64,000 nt of DNA from an uncultured virus (IMG/VR IMGVR_UViG_2811995274_000001) (IMGVR_UViG_2811995274_000001), one strand, 5' to 3'. Positions 1 to 10,511 are shown, counted from the stretch's first letter. Notes: a model not told the origin generated them from the sequence alone. Translations and numbers: made by a program.

Positions 1-777
1 ATGTCTATTACATACAAATATAATAATGGTAGTGGAGAGATAGATAATGATACTATAATACAGGTTAATTCAGATGGGTTACTTCAATCTTATGGAGAAA
101 GAGGATTTAAATTTACTCCTCAAGAAAATTTAACTAAAAATGTATTATCTGCTGATGGCTTTTATCAAGATAATGAATTAGAAAAAATACAAAAAAGAAC
201 TATAATAGATTCTTTTAGTGGATATAACGGTATTGATAAAGATAATACAAATATAGTTACAAAAGTAGAGTATTATTTTGGTATAGACAATATTAATCCT
301 AAATATATATTAAACGATAAAACATGTGGTTTTATTTCAAAGAACATAAAAATAGATAGTTGTAGTTATATTAAATTATCAGTCATATCTAATCAAGATA
401 TTTCTAATATTGAATTTTACATAATAGACGGTATTAAAGAATATCCTATTTTACCTATAGAAACAGAACGTGTAAAAGAAAAACTATTTTATAATCTAGA
501 TACTAGATTCACTATTGATAAAACAAAAGAAATTATTATTTATAAAAATAACGAAGCAACATCTTTATCTTTAGATGATATAAATAGCTTAGATTTTAAT
601 TCTAATGTGTACACAATAGAATATACCCCAGCAATTCAACATCAAATTTATAATCCAACTCAAGATAATATTAAAGTAAAACTAATACAAAGAATTTATA
701 ACGATAATGATATTCCTGCTAATATTATAGCAATGACTATTCTTAAATATGGAGGGAGCAAAATTTGGAATATATAG
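1..777 (+). CDS. hypothetical protein, probable virion/structural module
   Basis: 258-aa ORF, overlapping and coupled to the next gene; no catalytic motif recognised. Confidence 0.6.
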   Translation: MSITYKYNNGSGEIDNDTIIQVNSDGLLQSYGERGFKFTPQENLTKNVLSADGFYQDNELEKIQKRTIIDSFSGYNGIDKDNTNIVTKVEYYFGIDNINPKYILNDKTCGFISKNIKIDSCSYIKLSVISNQDISNIEFYIIDGIKEYPILPIETERVKEKLFYNLDTRFTIDKTKEIIIYKNNEATSLSLDDINSLDFNSNVYTIEYTPAIQHQIYNPTQDNIKVKLIQRIYNDNDIPANIIAMTILKYGGSKIWNI

Positions 778-2177
778 GAATAAAAACTATTAAAGATGCT
801 TATATAGATCAATTATTAACAGACAACAGAATAGATAAGGCTAACGAAATTATTTCAAACAATATAGACGTACCTATATTTAAAAATTTAGAAATATATG
901 CTGAATCTGAACCAGATATTTCTTCTATTAATAATTCACTATCTGATATAACTGTAGATTTACTTGCATTAGATAAAGAATTTGTAGCTATAGCCGATAA
1001 ATATGAAACATTAATGGATAATATTAATACTAGATTAGAAGCTGTTCAAGAAGAACTATTAATAGAAGAAAATAGAATAAAAGATTTAAATATAATTTGT
1101 GGAAATTATAATGAATTTGTTTCTGTTAAAACATTGAATTATAAATATTTTTCAGGAAATTTTTCCTACTACGATAACTATACATTTTACGCCTATAATA
1201 ATTCAATTGATACAGTAAACGATGCTATAAAAATAATAGATGTTCAAGGTAATGGATTTGAAGGTAATAAATATGTATATAAAGATAATATTTTCTTACA
1301 AGAATTAATAGATACATCTAATAGAGAATATATGATAGATGAACATATATCTACAGCTTATGAATATTCTAGATTAACTACAGATAATAATAACTTAAAA
1401 GAATATCCTAAAGATGTAAATTTTGATTCTGAAGAGGCTCTATGTACAATAAGTTTATATTCTAATAAAAAGATAGGCTCTATGAAAGTAAAAACAGACA
1501 TAGATTCTATTGCTATAAAAGATATTTTATATTCTAATGACAATGGTAATACTTATATATCGTGTTGGAATGATGAAATTAAAATAAATGATTTAACCGA
1601 AATTTATAATGATAGTAATTATGTTTATGGAACAGGAATAATATGTTTCCCTACGACTCAATATCTAAAAATAACATTTAAATCTAATAACACTAGCGAT
1701 GATAGTATAGCTTTTACTACATTAGATACAACAATTGCTGAAAAACCAATAGATAAAATTATTAGTTTACCAGAAGTAAAAAGACACGTTATAAAAATTA
1801 ATTCATTAAATATTTTATCTGGTAAATATACAACAGCTACTATGCAAACACAAGAGTTGGTTGGTGATCCAGTAGAAAGTATAGCAATATTTGCTTCTGA
1901 ATATATACCATCATTTTTTCCAGATAACGAAGAATACATAAAATATACATTATCTGTTAATGGAATAGATTATAATATTGTTCCTATTAATTCTAATAGA
2001 GAAGGAACAAAGGTTATTAGATTTTCAGATATAACGTCTTCAGATTTATATGTAGAATATATAAAAGAAAGCATAAAAACAGCTAAATTAACAATAACTA
2101 TAAACACTTCAGATGGAACAAGTACACCATATATTTCAAATTTAAAAATTTGTTATGGAAAGGCATATAAAAAATGA
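765..2177 (+). CDS. hypothetical protein, probable virion structural protein (N-terminal coiled coil plus beta-rich domains)
   Basis: 470 aa, TTG start after GGAGGGAG RBS; helical N-terminus followed by a beta-rich region. Confidence 0.65.
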   Translation: MEYIGIKTIKDAYIDQLLTDNRIDKANEIISNNIDVPIFKNLEIYAESEPDISSINNSLSDITVDLLALDKEFVAIADKYETLMDNINTRLEAVQEELLIEENRIKDLNIICGNYNEFVSVKTLNYKYFSGNFSYYDNYTFYAYNNSIDTVNDAIKIIDVQGNGFEGNKYVYKDNIFLQELIDTSNREYMIDEHISTAYEYSRLTTDNNNLKEYPKDVNFDSEEALCTISLYSNKKIGSMKVKTDIDSIAIKDILYSNDNGNTYISCWNDEIKINDLTEIYNDSNYVYGTGIICFPTTQYLKITFKSNNTSDDSIAFTTLDTTIAEKPIDKIISLPEVKRHVIKINSLNILSGKYTTATMQTQELVGDPVESIAIFASEYIPSFFPDNEEYIKYTLSVNGIDYNIVPINSNREGTKVIRFSDITSSDLYVEYIKESIKTAKLTITINTSDGTSTPYISNLKICYGKAYKK

Positions 2178-3358
2178 GTTATTATTTAGATCAAATTAAC
2201 AAAATTAATTATTATAAACAAAAAATAATAGAAGAATTAAGTAGCAGCGGAATATTTCCTAATAATATTCTAATTCAAAATAAAATAGATGATATAGATA
2301 CTAAATTAGCTATTTTTCAATATATTAGTGTCTCTGAAACAGATGTTTTTGATGTAGATAAATTTAATGAAGATTTATTAAGAATATATAATGATTTATT
2401 GATTCTATATTCATTAACATACAAGATGTCTGTTAATGAATATGAAAATATTAAATCATATGCAGAAACTCATTTACTTGAATTGGAAGATTTAGCTAGA
2501 ATGTACGAATATAAAACAAAAGAGGAATTAGATTCTACTAGCTTAGGCAATACAGTATTTTTTCAATCTAATGGTTTCAATATAACTTATAATAACGGAA
2601 TAGCTATTATAGACTTAGGAAAAATAACTTTACATAATGCATCAAAAGTAGCATGTATATTTAAGGCAGAAAATGTATCTAGCAAACAAGTAGTGTTTAA
2701 TTTTGATGATAAATATAATTGTTCGCCATATGATTATAATAAAGACTTTTTTATAGTTCCTGGAGATATTGATAAAAATACATATTCTTATACATTACCA
2801 GAAAATTGTAATAAAGTATCTTTATATGAAATGTCATTAGAAAATTTTGTTCCAGATAAAAATAATAAGTATATAATTTATGGCGGTAAAAATTGTATAT
2901 CTTCTATATTGGGTAATAATAAAACTTTTTATAAAAAAACAATAGATATAGGTCTTACATTAACAGGAGCTGGAAAAATAGTATTTTATGTCTTAAACAG
3001 TTCTTATATAGAATTTGATTTTTCTACTAAACCAATTAGTACTAATTTTAATAATAATTGTATAGATAATCCTGAAAAAGAACAAAAAATAGTAATAGAG
3101 TATTATGACTCTTTCTCTTTTAATTTTTTCACAGATGGAGTTATATACGCAACTAAAGAAAATGGTATTATAACAGATAATAAATTATACTATCCAAATG
3201 CAGATGATATAAATAGTTTTTACATACTAGAATATTTAAATACAAAAACTACAGATTATAATAACGTTAAAGTAATTATTAGCGACTTGTTAGATGATAA
3301 TCTATTAACAATAAACACTATAGCATTAAAAGAATTAAACGTATTAGACGAGGTTTAA
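2174..3358 (+). CDS. hypothetical protein, probable virion structural protein
   Basis: 394 aa; helical motif DKFNEDLLRIYNDLLILY resembles its neighbours. Confidence 0.65.
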   Translation: MSYYLDQINKINYYKQKIIEELSSSGIFPNNILIQNKIDDIDTKLAIFQYISVSETDVFDVDKFNEDLLRIYNDLLILYSLTYKMSVNEYENIKSYAETHLLELEDLARMYEYKTKEELDSTSLGNTVFFQSNGFNITYNNGIAIIDLGKITLHNASKVACIFKAENVSSKQVVFNFDDKYNCSPYDYNKDFFIVPGDIDKNTYSYTLPENCNKVSLYEMSLENFVPDKNNKYIIYGGKNCISSILGNNKTFYKKTIDIGLTLTGAGKIVFYVLNSSYIEFDFSTKPISTNFNNNCIDNPEKEQKIVIEYYDSFSFNFFTDGVIYATKENGIITDNKLYYPNADDINSFYILEYLNTKTTDYNNVKVIISDLLDDNLLTINTIALKELNVLDEV

Positions 3359-3364
3359 AAATAT

Positions 3365-3601
3365 ATGAGTATGATATTATATAATATTCGTTATCGTGGC
3401 CCATATGAATACGATAAGTTTATATTAAATATTTTTCAATTAAATAATGAAATAAAAAGATTACAAAAAGAATTTAACGATACTTCTTTATCTCAATTAT
3501 TATTAAAACAAAAAGAATTAAATGATATTTTTAATGAATTAACAAAAGAAGATAATGAATTAGATAGACTGTTATCCATAAAAGAAAGGTTGTATGATTA
3601 A
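3365..3601 (+). CDS. small coiled-coil hypothetical protein
   Basis: 78 aa, GAGG RBS, RYRGPYEYDKF motif followed by heptads. Confidence 0.65.
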   Translation: MSMILYNIRYRGPYEYDKFILNIFQLNNEIKRLQKEFNDTSLSQLLLKQKELNDIFNELTKEDNELDRLLSIKERLYD

Positions 3602-4656
3602 TGATAAAAAAAGCCACATCTAAAGATTTAATGGATATATTAGAAAATACTCAAAGTAGTGTATCTGAAATTAAAAATAATATAGATACAATACAAAAGG
3701 GAATAGAAAATAGATTAACTGTAATTAAAAATATACAAGAATATAACAATAACGAACTTTATTCTATCGAAGAATCGTTTAATAAAATGTCGAATGACAA
3801 TAATACTATTGTATTAAAGAGAATGGATTTATATGGAACATATGATGTTTATGGAAATGCAATACATCCTTCTTTTTTAAAAACTCCTATAGATATTTTT
3901 AATTTAAATAGTATAACTGGAAAAATTTTTAAAAATAATATGAATGTAACAATAAATAATATTACAAAATTAGAATATACTAATATGTTAAAACATGATT
4001 CTATAGCTGATAAACGTATTGTATTCAATGAATATGAATCTCCAGATATAAGTATAGAAATAGAGATTAATCCTAATGATTTATTAGGTAGTACTAAATT
4101 TAATACAATAGAAATATTGCCATATATTTCTGGCAGTTTTGATATAAACTCTATAGAAATATATACAATACAAGATCATTATACTAATTCTAAATCTCCA
4201 AGTATTGTTATAGCTAATACAATACAATCAGTTGGAAGCAGTAGATTTTTGTTAGAAGATACAATAGATTTATGGAAAATAAAATTTAATATACATATAA
4301 ATTATATAAATGCTTCTAATTTATATCCATTTGGTTTTAAACATATTTATTTTTTTAATGGAAATTATAATCCTAATTCAAATATAATCTTTAAAGTTAC
4401 TAAAGACAAATATATAGACTGGATATCTGAAGATATTATTGTTCATTCACAAAATGGCAGATATGAAAGTACATGTACAGATGAGAATATTAAATTATAT
4501 ATGAATTATACATCAGGAGTATTATCTTATGAAATCAGTACTTCTAAAGGATTAACCCAGAACTTATTAAATAGAAATGTTAAAGAATTTTGGGTATCAC
4601 TTCCTATAGATAAAAGCATATATAGCATTACCTTTAAGGAAATATCTAAAAGATAA
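3601..4656 (+). CDS. hypothetical protein, probable virion structural protein
   Basis: 351 aa, TAATG coupling, GAAAGG RBS. Confidence 0.65.
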   Translation: MIKKATSKDLMDILENTQSSVSEIKNNIDTIQKGIENRLTVIKNIQEYNNNELYSIEESFNKMSNDNNTIVLKRMDLYGTYDVYGNAIHPSFLKTPIDIFNLNSITGKIFKNNMNVTINNITKLEYTNMLKHDSIADKRIVFNEYESPDISIEIEINPNDLLGSTKFNTIEILPYISGSFDINSIEIYTIQDHYTNSKSPSIVIANTIQSVGSSRFLLEDTIDLWKIKFNIHINYINASNLYPFGFKHIYFFNGNYNPNSNIIFKVTKDKYIDWISEDIIVHSQNGRYESTCTDENIKLYMNYTSGVLSYEISTSKGLTQNLLNRNVKEFWVSLPIDKSIYSITFKEISKR

Positions 4657-4670
4657 TTATTATTTGTTAA

Positions 4671-4699
4671 TTGACATTATTTATTTAGAATATTATAAT
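4671..4699 (+). promoter_or_regulatory. consensus sigma70/sigmaA promoter
   Basis: TTGACA-17 nt-TATAAT upstream of the primase/helicase operon. Confidence 0.85.
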
Positions 4700-4734
4700 A
4701 ATTATATTAGGGTGATCTTATATAAGAAGGGGCG

Positions 4735-5382
4735 ATGCATATGATAGATTATTTGAGCTTTTTCTATACTAATGGATTAGGACATCTTCCTGATGATGAA
4801 AAAAAAATAAATATTACACAAGATACTATTAATTATCTATTAGATTGTAATATAACAGAAGAAAAAATTATACTAGCTTTATTAAAAGCAAAAGACAAAG
4901 AATGTTTACGGCCAGATACCTTAATATCAAATCTATGGGATAATTCTTTAATAGAACAAAATAAATTTTATTTTCATAAAGAATTACAAATAATCTCTAA
5001 AGCTCCCGTACTAGATATAAAAACTGGTAAAATACAATCATATCCATTCTACAAAGAAATTAAAATAGTATATAAAATAGAAGATTTATTACAATATTAT
5101 TATAATAAAAATAGCATAAAAGAATTGTTTAATCATAATAAAGATATTAGTATATTAAATTTTCTTATAAACAAATATAAACCTATAAAAGATATACTAG
5201 TATTAGATTTAATTCTTTTAATGATTGATATTAGTTTTAAAAATAGAACTAATATAAGTAATTTAATAAGTATTGATGAGTGTAGTATTGAAGCTATCAA
5301 TCTTCTTAGAAAGTGGAAGAAAGAAGCTAAATTAATCGGTGCAGATAAAATAATCTGGAGGAGTAATAAATGGCTCGAATAG
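4735..5382 (+). CDS. hypothetical protein heading the replication operon
   Basis: 215 aa, AAGAAGGGG RBS (start possibly 4741), overlaps the primase gene. Confidence 0.7.
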   Translation: MHMIDYLSFFYTNGLGHLPDDEKKINITQDTINYLLDCNITEEKIILALLKAKDKECLRPDTLISNLWDNSLIEQNKFYFHKELQIISKAPVLDIKTGKIQSYPFYKEIKIVYKIEDLLQYYYNKNSIKELFNHNKDISILNFLINKYKPIKDILVLDLILLMIDISFKNRTNISNLISIDECSIEAINLLRKWKKEAKLIGADKIIWRSNKWLE

Positions 5383-6383
5383 TTGAATTTGGTGGAGCTA
5401 AAAATGGATTTTTTAGAAGAAATATGTATATATATAATAATGATGTACCATCTATAATTGACCTAATTGATAGATATAATAATACCGATATATATTGCTC
5501 TATATATTCATACGAAAATGATGATATTGAAAATTGTGGTTTATTAGGACCTTTATATTTTGACTTTGATGATGTTAACATAGAAGCAAATTATAAAGAT
5601 GTAAGAAGAGAAGTATATCAATTAATATCTTTATTAAATAGAGAATTTGGCATTCCATTAGATTATATGGAGATATATTTTTCTGGTAATAAAGGTTTTC
5701 ATGTTTTAATTCCACCAGAAGTATTTGGTATAACAAATGATATTGATTTAAATATAAAATATAAAAAGCTTGTTAAGTTGATTGCAAAAGAGTATAATCT
5801 TACCAGATTAGATAATAAGATTTATGATAGAAAAAGATTATTTCGTTTACCTAATTCTATTAATAGTAAAAGTGGATTAAGGAAAATTAAAATAAATCTT
5901 GATTTCTTAATGGATAATGATTTTATTTCTATATTAGAATTAGCAAAAGATCATAACAAAGAAATAATAGTAGAAATTAATAAAGAAATAAAAACAATAC
6001 AAAAAGCTAAAAAAGCATTTGAATATTTATTTTCTCCTATTAAGCATATTAATTATCATGTTAATAAAACAAATAATGTTATACATGATAAAGAACTTTT
6101 ACCATGTATAACTAATATATTAAATACAAGTATTGGAGAAGGCAAAAGAAATAATACGGCTATAGTATTAGCTTCAGGTTTAATACAAACTGGAAGAGAT
6201 GAAAATAGTATTATTGATATGTTAACTAAATGGAATCAAAATAATAATCCTCCTATCCCAGATAGAGAATTATTGAGCACATTTGTTAGTGCAAAACAAA
6301 TGTATCTAAATAATAAGCATTATGGCTGTAGTGCTATAAAAGATTTAGATATGTGTGTAAATACTTGTAAATTTTGTTGTTAA
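5370..6383 (+). CDS. archaeo-eukaryotic primase (AEP) with PriCT-1-like and Cys-rich C-terminus
   Basis: LYFDFD (DxD), FSGNKGFH, RLFRLPNS motifs; GEGKRNN...W...PPIPDREL; terminal Cys cluster. Confidence 0.8.
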   Translation: MARIVEFGGAKNGFFRRNMYIYNNDVPSIIDLIDRYNNTDIYCSIYSYENDDIENCGLLGPLYFDFDDVNIEANYKDVRREVYQLISLLNREFGIPLDYMEIYFSGNKGFHVLIPPEVFGITNDIDLNIKYKKLVKLIAKEYNLTRLDNKIYDRKRLFRLPNSINSKSGLRKIKINLDFLMDNDFISILELAKDHNKEIIVEINKEIKTIQKAKKAFEYLFSPIKHINYHVNKTNNVIHDKELLPCITNILNTSIGEGKRNNTAIVLASGLIQTGRDENSIIDMLTKWNQNNNPPIPDRELLSTFVSAKQMYLNNKHYGCSAIKDLDMCVNTCKFCC

Positions 6384-6394
6384 GGAGATTAAAT

Positions 6395-7450
6395 ATGCTT
6401 AATAATAATTATAAAATAGATGAAATAGAAAAAGAAAATCCTTATATTGTAACTGTAGAAGATTATTACAAATCATCATTAAATGATTATGATAGCTTTG
6501 ATAAATATAGTTGGAATAAAGGAAAAGGTTATAGCTGTCCTAATTTTCCTATTTTTGATGAAAAAATGGAAGGATTAGAAGATGGATTATATCTTTTTGC
6601 AGCAGAATCTAATATGGGAAAAAGTGCTTTTATGAGTAATTTATTATGGGATTATTGTACTAATCCAGATAATAATTTATTTGGAGTATATTTTGCATTA
6701 GATGATACTAAACAAGAAATGATACCTAGATTAATATCTATGTTAGAGTTAATACCTATTTCTATTGCATCTAAGCCTTCTAGATATAAAGAAAAAATTG
6801 ATCTATGCGAAGAAGGAAGTAGTATTTATCAGGAAATGCTTGATAAAAGAGAACATGGATTAAACACCTTAAAAGAGTTAAATACAAGATTTAAATTAGA
6901 AGACTCTGAAAAACTAGATTGTGGAGAAAAAATATTAGATTATTGTAAAAAACTTAAAGAATATTTAAAAGGATATGATCCAAAAACTAATCTAATAATA
7001 GGTATAGATTCTTTATTTGATTTAAATTTTCCTAGTCAAAAATTTAAAACTGATAAAGAAAAGAATGAATATATAGCTCAAGAAATAAAAAGATGGGCTA
7101 AAACTGAAATAAAAGCACCAATATTTGGAACAATCCATTTAAGAAAAATAGATAAAAGAAGAGCTGACATTTCTGATGTAAAAGAATCTGGAAGATATAT
7201 ATATGACGCTTCTGTAGTATTTTTATTGCATAATGATGTTAGTAGGAATGGTCAAAATGCTTCTATATATTATACACAATCAAATTGTGATGAGTTTTTA
7301 CCTATAATAGAATTACAATGGGCTAAGAATAAAAAATCTAGTTTTAAAGGAATAACTTATTATCATCTTATTTCTAATTATTCTAAAGTGATTGAGTGTA
7401 CAGAAGAAGAAATGAAAAGATTTAACAATTTAAGATTTTCTTCTAAATAA
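6395..7450 (+). CDS. DnaB-like (SF4) replicative helicase
   Basis: Walker A AAESNMGKS, IGIDSL, DVKESGRYIYDASVV, WAKNK; start moved to the ATG at 6395 after AAGGAG. Confidence 0.8.
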   Translation: MLNNNYKIDEIEKENPYIVTVEDYYKSSLNDYDSFDKYSWNKGKGYSCPNFPIFDEKMEGLEDGLYLFAAESNMGKSAFMSNLLWDYCTNPDNNLFGVYFALDDTKQEMIPRLISMLELIPISIASKPSRYKEKIDLCEEGSSIYQEMLDKREHGLNTLKELNTRFKLEDSEKLDCGEKILDYCKKLKEYLKGYDPKTNLIIGIDSLFDLNFPSQKFKTDKEKNEYIAQEIKRWAKTEIKAPIFGTIHLRKIDKRRADISDVKESGRYIYDASVVFLLHNDVSRNGQNASIYYTQSNCDEFLPIIELQWAKNKKSSFKGITYYHLISNYSKVIECTEEEMKRFNNLRFSSK

Positions 7451-7477
7451 ATATAATAAGAAAGTTGGTTTTAAGAT

Positions 7478-7903
7478 TTGTTTAATTGTGCAAAGCAAGT
7501 TAATGTTTTAGGAACTGATTATAGTATTATTATTACTAATGAAGAAAAATTACCAAGGCTTAATGATGAAACAGCTGGACTTTGTTATGTAAACACTAAA
7601 CAAATAGCAATAAATAATTATGAAAATGATGCAATAGATAAATCAGAAGAAAAAGATATATGTATTCAAAAACAAAAAGTATTAAGACATGAAATTGTTC
7701 ATGCATACAGTGAAGAAAGTGGTATATCTAATTTTAATGAAATAGATAATGATTTTATTGTGGATTGGATTGCTAAACAAGCTCCTAAAATGTTAATTTC
7801 TTTTTTAGAATGCGGAGCTTTGTCTGAAGATGTAATAGGTAAAATAACAAAAATTATTAATCATCAATATGACGATAATTTTACTTTTATAGAAAATAAT
7901 TAA
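7478..7903 (+). CDS. HExxH zincin-like phage protein
   Basis: LRHEIVHAY...ESG motif. Confidence 0.6.
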   Translation: MFNCAKQVNVLGTDYSIIITNEEKLPRLNDETAGLCYVNTKQIAINNYENDAIDKSEEKDICIQKQKVLRHEIVHAYSEESGISNFNEIDNDFIVDWIAKQAPKMLISFLECGALSEDVIGKITKIINHQYDDNFTFIENN

Positions 7904-7908
7904 TGTTG

Positions 7909-7965
7909 ATACTGTTACAATCATTTTTAGTTTAATTTTATCGATAGAAATGATTGTAACAGTAT
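7909..7965. repeat. 18-bp perfect inverted repeat (hairpin)
   Basis: ATACTGTTACAATCATTT ... AAATGATTGTAACAGTAT with a 21-nt loop. Confidence 0.85.
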
Positions 7966-7980
7966 TATAAAATTGAAAAG

Positions 7981-8232
7981 GTGATTAAAATAAAATCTAA
8001 AAAACCTCAAGATGTAATTGGATATCAAATACAATGTGCTGATTATCACATGTGCCCTATATGTTATGGGTGTAGATCTTATGATCCATCTTATTATAAA
8101 TGTATAAAATTATGTGGTAATAATTTAAAGAACAATGTTTGTAATACAAAAAAACATAAAGATGACTTAATAGCTAAAATGCTTACTAAAACTACAATAA
8201 ATATAGGAGATTTGATAAATGACAACAGATGA
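7981..8232 (+). CDS. Cys-rich hypothetical protein
   Basis: 83 aa, GTG start, C-x5-CPIC-x2-C...C-x3-C. Confidence 0.6.
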   Translation: MIKIKSKKPQDVIGYQIQCADYHMCPICYGCRSYDPSYYKCIKLCGNNLKNNVCNTKKHKDDLIAKMLTKTTINIGDLINDNR

Positions 8233-8710
8233 GTTACAAGCAATACTTAACGGTGATGCAGGTAAACATATAGAAAATATAAAAATTGATAGTTTAAGAG
8301 AATTTGTTAAAGAATCATTATTGAAATTTGGAGATACTAATAAACTTTTACAATCTAATTTAGTAATTGATTTATTAGAAAAAATGTTAATTAAAAAGAA
8401 ACAAATAAATAAAACAGTTGAACAAAGTTTTGTTGAAGTGTTACGAGTAGCAGGATTATTACATAATTTATTTTTTGATGGAACTGTTACAAGTTTATTT
8501 ATGGCCAGAGAAAAATTGGTTCCTATAGCACGTAAATATAATATACCAGATAACTATATAGGATCAATCTTTCAAACTATAGAATGTCAATTGGGCGAAG
8601 ATACACCTGTACCTCAATGCAAACCAGTACCAGGAACTCCTACAGAATTATTTGCTTGGAGTTGTTGGTATATAGAAGAATTACATAACAATAAAAAAAT
8701 ACCAGAATAA
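8219..8710 (+). CDS. HD-domain-like protein (degenerate, HN)
   Basis: VAGLLHNL helix resembling the AxLLHD motif; GGAG RBS. Confidence 0.45.
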   Translation: MTTDELQAILNGDAGKHIENIKIDSLREFVKESLLKFGDTNKLLQSNLVIDLLEKMLIKKKQINKTVEQSFVEVLRVAGLLHNLFFDGTVTSLFMAREKLVPIARKYNIPDNYIGSIFQTIECQLGEDTPVPQCKPVPGTPTELFAWSCWYIEELHNNKKIPE

Positions 8711-8713
8711 AAA

Positions 8714-9430
8714 GTGGATATAATTAATTTAAATGAAGTACAGTTGTTAGATTTTTTAAAATGTCCAATAATTTATGATTCTGTTAACAATAAAAAAATG
8801 TTAATACATAAAAATAATATTGCTTTAAACAACTTATTAAATAGAGTAAGTAATAATTTCTATTTAAACTTAATTAATGGAAAGGTATTATCATTAGATA
8901 CTATTAAAAACAAATGGGATAATTTATGTTTAAACTATAATCTTTCTTCTCAACAATGTTTAGAAGGAGTTAGTCTATTAATTAAATTATTTAGATGGGC
9001 AAGTAATGAAAGATTAATAATAGCAGATATTAATAGTCCATATGAGTATTCTATTAAAGATAATAATTATTTGATTAACTTTAAAGGAGAAATATCTACT
9101 ATAGCAATTAACTCAAATAATGTTCCATATTTATTAGTAACTGATTTTAATAATAAAAACCCTAAACAGACATTGTTGGATATTAAAATTAAGTACACAT
9201 TAGATTGTTTTGCTTATTGGAAAATAACAAATCAAAAATTAAAAATTAGAGTTCATCATATAAAAAGCAATAAAGATTATTTTACTGATAGAAATGATAT
9301 TGATTTTAATAGATTGGAAAAGACAATTAAAAATGTTGTATTTAGTATAAAAAACAATATATATTATCCAAGAGAAAGTGTTTTGTGCCCTAGTTGTGAA
9401 TTTGTTAATTTTTGTCGAGCTTGGTATTAA
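8714..9430 (+). CDS. PD-(D/E)XK Cas4/AddB-like nuclease-fold protein with a 4-Cys cluster, degenerate
   Basis: N-terminal DFLKCP and C-terminal YYPR..CPSCEFVNFC; catalytic region reads GEIS...TDFN. Confidence 0.65.
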   Translation: MDIINLNEVQLLDFLKCPIIYDSVNNKKMLIHKNNIALNNLLNRVSNNFYLNLINGKVLSLDTIKNKWDNLCLNYNLSSQQCLEGVSLLIKLFRWASNERLIIADINSPYEYSIKDNNYLINFKGEISTIAINSNNVPYLLVTDFNNKNPKQTLLDIKIKYTLDCFAYWKITNQKLKIRVHHIKSNKDYFTDRNDIDFNRLEKTIKNVVFSIKNNIYYPRESVLCPSCEFVNFCRAWY

Positions 9431-9466
9431 TGATAATACTAACAAAAAAGAAAGGTAGTATATTAA

Positions 9467-9625
9467 ATGTTAGAAATAAAAGAATATGTTGGTAATAAAC
9501 CAAAAGTATTAAGTAATAATAAAAATGAAAAGGTTAATAACGTTACTCCGAAAGAAGGTGATGTAAAGATGGCTAGATGTGGTGGCGGCAAGAAAAAAGG
9601 CTCCAAAAAAGGAGGAAAAAAATAA
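9467..9625 (+). CDS. small basic protein (52 aa), possible internal 18-aa product MARCGGGKKKGSKKGGKK
   Basis: Not in the ORF track; GAAAGG RBS; TAATG-coupled to groES; second RBS GAAGGTGA before the ATG at 9569. Confidence 0.6.
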   Translation: MLEIKEYVGNKPKVLSNNKNEKVNNVTPKEGDVKMARCGGGKKKGSKKGGKK

Positions 9626-9912
9626 TGATTGAACCTATCGGAAGTAGAGTTTTAATTAAACCAAAAAAAATGGAAACTACTACTAAAGCAGGTATTTATT
9701 TACCTTCTAACAAAGATCAAAATCAGCAAATAGGAAAAGTTATCGCAGTTGGAGAAGGTCATATGCTTGAAAACGGTACTAGAGCTTCTTTAATGGTAAA
9801 AAAAGATGATTTAGTTATATTTTCTAAATTTGCTGGTACAAATATTACTGATAATGATGAATCTTATTTGTTAATAGAAGAAAGAGATATATTAGCAAAA
9901 ATACATAATTGA
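9625..9912 (+). CDS. groES: co-chaperonin GroES
   Basis: IEPIGSRVLIK, TKAGIYLP, GKVIAVGEG, FSKFAGT, ERDILA; true start 9625 after AGGAGG. Confidence 0.93.
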   Translation: MIEPIGSRVLIKPKKMETTTKAGIYLPSNKDQNQQIGKVIAVGEGHMLENGTRASLMVKKDDLVIFSKFAGTNITDNDESYLLIEERDILAKIHN

Positions 9913-9937
9913 TATTAAAAAGAAAGAGGTTTTATTC

Positions 9938-10504
9938 ATGACTAAAAGAACAAAAAAAACATATATTGTAGACAATATAGAATATGGATCAAAAACTCTT
10001 TTAAATTATCACATGATATTTTCTGAAGCTATTAAAAATAATATTATTAGTAATTTTACTTTACCTACAGCTATTACAAGAACTAAATATGGTTCTTGTA
10101 AAGCTATGGTAGATGGAATAGAATTTGACTCTCTTATGGAAGCTAGATATTATATCTATTTACAATATTTATTAAAACAAGGATATATAAAATCATTTCA
10201 ACGACAAGTTAAATATCTATTACAAAAAGGATATGTAAATAACGTTGGTAAAAAAATTCAGGCTATAGAATATATTGCTGATTTTACAGTTACTGATATT
10301 AATGATAACTTAACAGTAGTAGATGTAAAAGGATTAAAAACAGATATTTTTAAAATAAAAGAAAAAATGTTTGGATATGTATATCCTATGTATAATTTTT
10401 TATGCGTACAATGGTCAGATAAGCATAAAAGATGGATAGATTTAGACATAATACAAAAAGAAAAAAGAGACGCCAAAAAGAATTTATTAAGAAGGGCAGG
10501 ATAA
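9938..10504 (+). CDS. DUF1064-family PD-(D/E)XK nuclease-like protein
   Basis: VDGIEFDSLMEARYY, YIADF, VVDVKG..T..FKIKEKMF. Confidence 0.8.
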   Translation: MTKRTKKTYIVDNIEYGSKTLLNYHMIFSEAIKNNIISNFTLPTAITRTKYGSCKAMVDGIEFDSLMEARYYIYLQYLLKQGYIKSFQRQVKYLLQKGYVNNVGKKIQAIEYIADFTVTDINDNLTVVDVKGLKTDIFKIKEKMFGYVYPMYNFLCVQWSDKHKRWIDLDIIQKEKRDAKKNLLRRAG

Positions 10505-10511
10505 ATATTCT

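Noticed and set aside
8219..9430. CRISPR-Cas locus (HD plus Cas4)
   Set aside because: No repeat-spacer array, cas1/cas2 or effector genes are visible in the window
9577..9624. N-terminal extension of GroES (MWWRQEKR...)
   Set aside because: The true start is 9625 after AGGAGG; the extension overlaps the small basic ORF in another frame
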